DNA from: Chrysomallon squamiferum
Lineage: Eukaryota; Animalia; Mollusca
Assembly (NCBI GenBank): GCA_012295275.1
Contig: CM022674.1
Coordinates: forward strand, 744,001 to 808,000
Reading direction: 5' to 3'
DNA: 64,000 nucleotides
The notes below the pieces were generated by a model. It had not been told where the DNA came from, did no database searches, and worked only from the letters and a program-made list of their open reading frames with translations. The position numbers and the translations under genes were made by a program. Positions 56,562-64,000 of this stretch are shown in pieces (within the stretch, counting starts at the first letter, position 1; each line of letters opens with the position of its first letter).

Positions 56562-56772
56562 TATATTTATACATTTATTTATTTTGTTATTTAGTTAGTT
56601 AGTTAGTTACTTGGTTAATTAATTATTTATTTATTTATTTATTTTTTTATTTTGGTATTTATTTATTTAGTTAGTTAGCTTGTTACTTATTTATTTAGCT
56701 ATTGTGTTATTGATTTATTTATTTATATTTACCGGTATTTCCTTTACTAAATGTGCAGACATAGAGACAAGC

Positions 56773-56889
<117 letters not shown>

Positions 56890-57201
56890 AATAGTCACAG
56901 AGAAAGACAGACAGATAGATAACACAAATTAAAACCGTTAATTTAAAACACGATTCCATTAAAAATAAATCAGTGGGAACTCGAGTGAACCTGTTTTGTT
57001 TGTATGTTTAAAAGTACAACAAGTATTTTATAAAAGAAAGAAACAAAAAAAAAAAAAAAAAAAACAAACAAAAGTAGATGTTAAATTATAAAGTGCGTTA
57101 TCAGAAATTGTCTTTAACCGGTATTAATTACTGACACGTTATCAGCAACATTTACAAATGAATTAATGATAATTAAATAACAACACTGAATTTAGTCTCC
57201 G

Positions 57202-57246
57202 TCAGTGGTAACTCAGTGGAAACTCAGTGGAAACTCAGTGGAAACT
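57202..57246. repeat. 11-bp tandem repeat (TCAGTGGAAAC) x4
   Basis: tcagtggtaac tcagtggaaac tcagtggaaac tcagtggaaac, read directly. Confidence 0.85.
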
Positions 57247-57425
57247 GTTCTGTTATTACCAGGGGTCAGAGTGGTTAGTTATTATGAAATCAGTTGGTGT
57301 TTTTTTTAGTATTTTTTTACAAATGTCAAAAATATGTGATCAATTAGGAATCGTAAGTGAAAACGAATAAATGTTTGTTTCATGACTTGTTAGCTTTTTA
57401 ATATTATTTATAATCAGTGACAGCG

Positions 57426-57570
<145 letters not shown>

Positions 57571-58517
57571 TAGAATGAGTGAAAGAGAAAGAAAGAAAGA
57601 AAGATGTCTTTAAAAATTAGCATAAAGTAACGCAGGAAACACGTAACAGTATTTAAAAAAAATAAAATAAAATAAAAGTTTAAAAAAATTAAATATATTT
57701 TGAAAAATAGCGGATGAAACAGAATAATTCGGTTTCCAAAAGAATAGAAATGATGTTAAATTAAGAACCTACATATATAAATATGTTTTATTTTTAAAAG
57801 TAAATTAAAATGACAACTATTACTTCTACTGCTACTACTACTACTACTGCGGCTACTACTACTACTACTACTGCTACTACTAATAAAAATAATAACAATA
57901 ATGCAAAAAAAATGTCCATAACTCAATAATGAGTAAAGATAAAATAATATTTTGAACTAAAGCATGAATAACTAAACAACAACTATTACAACTACTTCAA
58001 CGACTTACTACAACAACAAAAAAAAAACAACAGAATTTTAGATAAAACAGATATAATATTTAGTATTCCTGTATAAGCAAGTTCAAACGTTTTCGAATTA
58101 AACCTCTTTAGTAAACATAATTCAGTTATCTAATTTCACAAAAATTGTAAAAATCTTTTGTTGTTCTTAAAATGAGTTAAAGAAACAATAAAAACAATTT
58201 AGGATTTACAGAAACAATAACAGGAAAAATCAAATATAATAATAAAAGATGATCGGGAAACGAAAAATAGGATTAAAACCTTTACAGACGTTATTTTGAT
58301 AAACTGGGAATCGGCAAAAGGTGTTAACCTGCTTGCTTCTTTGACAAAACCACACAGCAACGAAACAGCTCTGATGCATCATCAAAAGGCAAAAAAAAAA
58401 AAAAAAAAATAAAAAAACCCCTCAAAGAATATTTTAGAAAACGAAAACCACTTCAATAAATTTCGAGAAAAACCCCACAAAAAAACACCTAAAAAAAACA
58501 ACAAAACTAAAATACAT

Positions 58518-58870
58518 CTTACCTTGCTAACGTAAGTCAAACATCAACACCAGTGTTGCCAACGTAGTTTCCAAGAACATTATGAGCAGTTAACAAATAA
58601 TGATCTTTTACTTTTTTTATTTTTATTATTATTATTTTTTTTTATATTTCTTTAACCACTTGTTTTCCAATCACACATTAGTAAGTGATTTAACAATGAC
58701 GATACATTCTCCCCGCCTTCCTCACTAAGAGTTTTATCGCTGAATGCAACCAGCAGATCCGCTGTTCTCTTTCTCACTCGAGTTCGTTTTGCCGTCGAGT
58801 AACGCAAACCTCTGCCAGTTCCAATCCGGCGCTTTTAAAAAAAACAAAAAACAGCCACTGCTCAGTTCGG
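58518..58870 (-). other. Candidate non-coding first exon of TMEM26 (5' UTR); upstream boundary uncertain
   Basis: The ATG-bearing exon has a splice acceptor, so an upstream exon is expected. A strong minus-strand donor, CAAG|GTAAGA, lies at 58523/58522, next to a locally less repetitive region. Confidence 0.4.
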
Positions 58871-58943
58871 GTTGCTATTAACAACCTACTGACGAATGGA
58901 CTGGAAACTTTGACTAGATAATTAAAAAGAGGATAGTGTTGCT

Positions 58944-58982
<39 letters not shown>

Positions 58983-59244
58983 ATCACGTTTTGGCGGTTA
59001 TCGACAGTTTTTTATTTTTTTTTTATATTAATTTTCTGTCTGTTATGATATAAACGGATAACATTCAGAGTTCGTTATCTACTAAGAGATTTTTATTTTT
59101 TATTATTTTTTTTATTTTTTGTTATCAGCAGTGTCGTATTATGTAATTAGTTTTAAGAAACGAAATAAAAAGATAAAGCTGAGAGAGAGGGGGAAGAGAA
59201 AGAGAGAGTCTGTGTTTAAGTGACTGTGTCTGGGTGTGTGTGCA

Positions 59245-59292
<48 letters not shown>

Positions 59293-60084
59293 TAAGAGAG
59301 ACTAAAGAAGTAATAAATGACGAGACATATGATGAAAAAGAAATATTAACAAAGTACTTTAGTGATAGACAGAAAGTAAGAGGGACAGAAGCTGATACAG
59401 AAAGTTACAGTAAGATATAGGAGTGAAAGAAGAATAGAAAGAAAAATAACAGCAGTAAGAAGAAAAATAATAATAAGAAGAAAAGACAAAGAAGACGAAA
59501 GAAAACTAAAAGAAAGGAAAAATGAAATAAGAAAACACGAAGCATATAAAAAAAAATTAATAAAAATGAAATTCAGTTTTTGATTCAATTAGCAAAAATA
59601 ATTTGATATTCTCTAATTACATTCTTTGTATAAAAAGAGGCTACCAACGAGGTTCGATCCAACAAGCCCTGTCTCCGCAGCTGAACTATCTTCTACTGAA
59701 AAACAGCGATCTCTTAAAACTGGCGTAACGCGCGCAGAATGTAATCTACCGGGAATAGAGCGAAAAAATGTGTTAACTCTTACAGGATTGGATCAATAAA
59801 AAACAATATTTGAATACTTTACCACAGAATATCAGTTTGATCTGTGAAATATTTGTTTTCGTTTGCAAAACAACAGAGGAAAACATACGAGCATGTGTCG
59901 ATTGAGCTTACGATGTGCCATATGTGTTTTGTTTTCTTTTCCATTTTCACTTTACCTGTTTACGTGTGTCAGTTAGTTAAAAAAAAAAAAAAAAAAAGTG
60001 ATATGAAAACAAAAACAAACCAACCTGTGTCTAGAATGCGGATTAGTATTTGGAGTTGTTTTTATTTTTTCTTCTTCTAATTTA

Positions 60085-60156
<72 letters not shown>

Positions 60157-61379
60157 CACCACTGTCTATGTACTTCTCTATATTTAGTATCTCTGTCTCT
60201 GTAAATGTATCTAACTAACTATCTGTCGTATGTTTGTCTATCTCTTTGCCTGTCTGCCTGTCTGTCTGTCTGTCTGTTTGTCTATCCGGGTTTCCGTCTG
60301 GGACCATTTCTCAGTATCTAGTTCTTTCTCTTAGTCTTTCTGCCTCTCTCATTTATTCCTCCTGTTTTCTTGGTTTTTCTATCTCTCTGTCGCTTTCTTT
60401 CTCTGCTGCTTTCACTGGCTTATTTTTTGGTGTTTTTTTATTTAATTTAATCTAGGTTGATTCTTTTTTTTTTAAATTTAAATTTTTTCTTAAATTTATT
60501 TATTTATTTTTTTTTGAATCAACAAGATCAGGTAATTTGTATTTCTCACCTTATGTTTTTATTTCTGTAAGAGTCTAATTTGTTGAAAAAAAAATATATA
60601 TAAAAAATTCTTATGACACTCGCATTAGTTCAGTCAAAAAAAAAAAAAAAAAAAAAAAAAAAACAAAAAAATGGATGTGAAGTTCGAAAGATAGATAAAT
60701 TAATAGGTACATCTGCAAACAGATAACTTGCAGGAAGATACAGACAGATAGCCAGATGATGGGGAGAGAGAGTCAAACAGACAAACAGACAGGCAGATAG
60801 AGATGAAGTGAGAGAAAGAGAGGCAGACAAACAGACAATGAGAGAGAGAGTGAATGAGAGAGAAAGGGACAGAGAGAGTTACGAGAAAGAGAGAGAACGA
60901 TAGAAGAGATTAAAAAAACCACTAAGACTGACACAGATAATAAAAAAATAAAAAAACAAACAAAGAAAAAGGTTTTAGTTAATCAAGACTTCGTAAGCCA
61001 GATCTAGAAAGTATTAATGAGTCATCATGAAGCTATCGCAGTTTGACTGTTACCAATTAATACATCGCGTGAAAAATTACGCACATGAGCAATTAAGAAT
61101 AATTTTCTTATTAATAAAATAATGTCAACAGCAGGAAAAGTACAGTACGAGTTATTACGAAATTTAATTATGTCGTAATAATAATAACAATAATAGTAAT
61201 GATGATGATAATAATTATAATAATTATGATGATGATGACAGTAATGGTGATAAGAATGATGAAAATAAACAACATGTTGTATTATTGTTATTACTACTAC
61301 TACTATTATTATTACTGTTGTTGTTATTGTTGTTATTATTACTACTGCTACTACTACTACTACTAGTACTATATATTAT

Positions 61380-61807
61380 TATTATTTTCCCAACTGAAAT
61401 TAATTGAAATACCATTAATCCGTTCCAGCCATTTAAATAAGAAAAATGTATTTATAAATGTGACAAATATTGTATAAAAAAACAAAATAAAAGAGAATGT
61501 AAAGAAATGAATTGGTTTTGTAAAGCGTATTTATCTTGGAGATCAGACAAGTTATTTTAACGCCTTTGGCTGGAGTTGTAGACTTTATCGACTCCTTCTG
61601 CTTTAGTATGGTACACATCGTTGAAGTACTACGCTCGTACTGCCTGGCCAAGTCAACTACATGCACACCTCGCTCATGTTTTTCTATAAATTCAAGCTTT
61701 AATTCAATGGACATCATCCGCTTTTTCTTCTCTGCACTGTTCTTTGTGACTCGCAACTCAAAGAAAAAACTCGTACGTTTGTGCACTCGTAAGTCAAAGT
61801 TCCACTG
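61380..61807 (-). mobile_element. Internally deleted Tigger/pogo-like DNA transposon remnant
   Basis: The minus strand begins with a TIR-like CAGTGGAACTTTGACTTACGAG next to a (TA)n tract. It encodes KKKRMMSIELKLEFIEKHERGVHVVDLARQYERSTSTMCTILKQKESIK, a psq/CENP-B-type N-terminal HTH like TIGD1-type transposases. No DDE domain is present. A subterminal-like GGAACGGATTAAT lies near 61415-61427. Confidence 0.8.
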
Positions 61808-61809
61808 TG

Positions 61810-61843
<34 letters not shown>

Positions 61844-62180
61844 TACATATATACACACACACACACACATACATACATAGAGACATTCACAGAGACATAT
61901 ATACATACATATACGTTCGTACACACCTACATACATACATATTTACATATATACAAAAAACAATACCAAATTAGTGAGAAAACCGAAAGTATTTACCTAT
62001 TTTATGGATTTCCACAGAATTCTGAATTCCAGCAGTATTACGTCAAAGTGAAAAATAAAAGAAAACAGATGAAATCTAAATTCATTTTAGTTCGTTAAAC
62101 AGATTTCCCTGAGTGGTAAACTTTCAGTACATGCACCTGGTCGAACAGCGATATAACTGATTTAAGTTCAAACAGTATAA

Positions 62181-62219
<39 letters not shown>

Positions 62220-62588
62220 GGCATATATACACACACACACTCACACACAAGTATAAGTGTATGTATGTGTGTATCTCTATGTTCGAGCGTATATGAACGC
62301 CTATTTAAAGTTTTTAAAGTTGAAGAAGACTTAAAAACTAACTAAACTTCTGCATCAAAAAATGTGTGTGGGTGTGGGTGTGTGCGTGTGTGTGTGTGCG
62401 TGTGTGCGAGTGTGTGTGGGTGTTAATAAAACAGGATATTGTAAGATCTACCTCAGTATGCACTTCCTTCTCATGATGGTTCTTTCATGTTTACGTCATA
62501 ACAGTAACGTTACGTCATTTCATTGAGGATCACGTGAGAAATAGGATGTATTAGTCGCTTTTGTTTTTAGTAGTAAATAATAATAATA

Positions 62589-62630
<42 letters not shown>

Positions 62631-63414
62631 TAATAGTAGTACTAGTAGTAGCAGTAGTATTAGTAGTGGCAGTAGTAGCAGTAGTAACGTTAATAGTAGT
62701 CGCGGTAGTAGTAGTAGTAGCAGCTGAAGTAATATTGGTGCTATTGATAGTAGTAGAAGTAGCAGCAATCGTAATAGCAATAGTAATAGCAATAGTAATA
62801 GTAGTAGCAACAGTTGCAGAAATAATACTTGTAATTTAATTATGATGATATTCATTTCCTAGGCCATCATTCATGTAACTTTCAGTTAGTTAACGACAAC
62901 AAAATATTCTCTAGAAACAAAGGCCTTACAGAGTTGTCTTTCTTCATTGTTATGATCCCACTTTAACCTACCTGGACATATACTGGAGGATCATTTTGAA
63001 ATAATCCCAATAGAACAAACGCCCATTCTCGAGTCCAAAACTGAACCTGGCCTTTTCAGACTTGAACGAGAAGCGTTTTGGATTCGCACGTTAAAAACAA
63101 TAAAATCATCTGGAATAAATGTTGACTCGGGCAAATGTAAAGAAAGAGATAAAATAGTTTTCCCAATAATTTACAATCGCCACAACGTTGACATTTGTAA
63201 AATTATAAAATAACAATATTTTAACAGACTACTATGAAAAATCCACTAACAGCACGTCCCGTCATAGGTTACAGAAAAAAACAAGTCTAAAAGACATTTT
63301 AGTCTCTACGCGATTTTCGGAATAACACGTCTATGCAAACCATTTGCGAATTAATTCAATTTGAAACAAATTAATTCAATGTGTTTAAAAAGTCATGAAT
63401 TTTTTGGAATCATA

Positions 63415-63600
63415 TCTTCTAAATAGTGTTTAAAATAGTTTTAAATAGATTTTTGACTTGTATTTGTTTCTAGAAGTGTATTGGTATTAAATGTCACAAT
63501 ATTTTATAGAGATTTTTAGAAAGGATACTTTCTAAATAGTTTTTGAAATAGTTTTAAATAGATTTAGAGACGTACTGTTTTGCTCTATAAATGTATTTTT
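63415..63600. repeat. Direct tandem duplication, ~113-bp period
   Basis: ttctaaatagt(g/t)ttt(a/g)aaatagttttaaatagattt occurs at ~63417 and ~63530. Confidence 0.7.
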
Positions 63601-64000
63601 AAACATGTCTGAATGCTTCTGCATATAGTTTTAAAAGGTTTCATGCATGTAAATAAATCTTGTTGTTTTTTTAAACATGATACAAAAATTAATTAATATA
63701 TAGACAAAGGGCAAAAACACACTGTAATAAACATTACAAAGGTCAATTTTAAGTTAAATCGAATTCCTAGAGATAAAATTAGAAAATGATTAAAAAAATT
63801 TTAAATAATAAAAATACACATAATATAAAGAAATACATACATACATACATACATACTTACTTACATACATACATACATACATCTATACGTACATACATAC
63901 ATGCATACATACATCAATATTAATAAAAACATTTTAATTTTATTTTTTAATCTTTAAAATGGCGCTCTTCTTACATCGTGATATTTCCCAATAAAAACAC

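Overview
This is AT-rich, extremely microsatellite-dense eukaryotic (invertebrate animal) genomic DNA. A coleoid cephalopod is my best guess from repeat style and gene content; a penaeid crustacean is not excluded. Most ORFs in the track are microsatellite artefacts. Three spliced protein-coding genes can be reconstructed by hand with GT-AG boundaries and consistent phases. (1) A + strand secreted protein with two chitin-binding peritrophin-A (CBM14) domains and a long acidic, T/S-rich, N-glycan-rich mucin-like tail. Its exons are 6185-6218, 18383-19171, 20406-20549 and 20966-24100, and the last exon is broken by four single-base frameshifts. (2) A + strand ~358-aa TTC17-related TPR protein with a C-terminal transmembrane helix (28223-28503, 29696-29912, 30666-31244). 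(3) A - strand ~357-aa TMEM26 homologue (53536-53346, 46923-46758, 42439-42236, 41096-40584). The window also holds a Tigger/pogo-like transposon remnant, tRNA-derived SINE relics, minisatellites and an inverted pair of a dispersed repeat. The most notable candidates are a recursive-splicing site with a 49-nt cryptic exon in the 12.2-kb first intron of gene 1, the frameshift cluster in gene 1, a microsatellite-cored foldback, a GC-rich 18-bp hairpin, and a minisatellite built from a splice-acceptor region in TMEM26. All analysis was by eye; no database searches were run.
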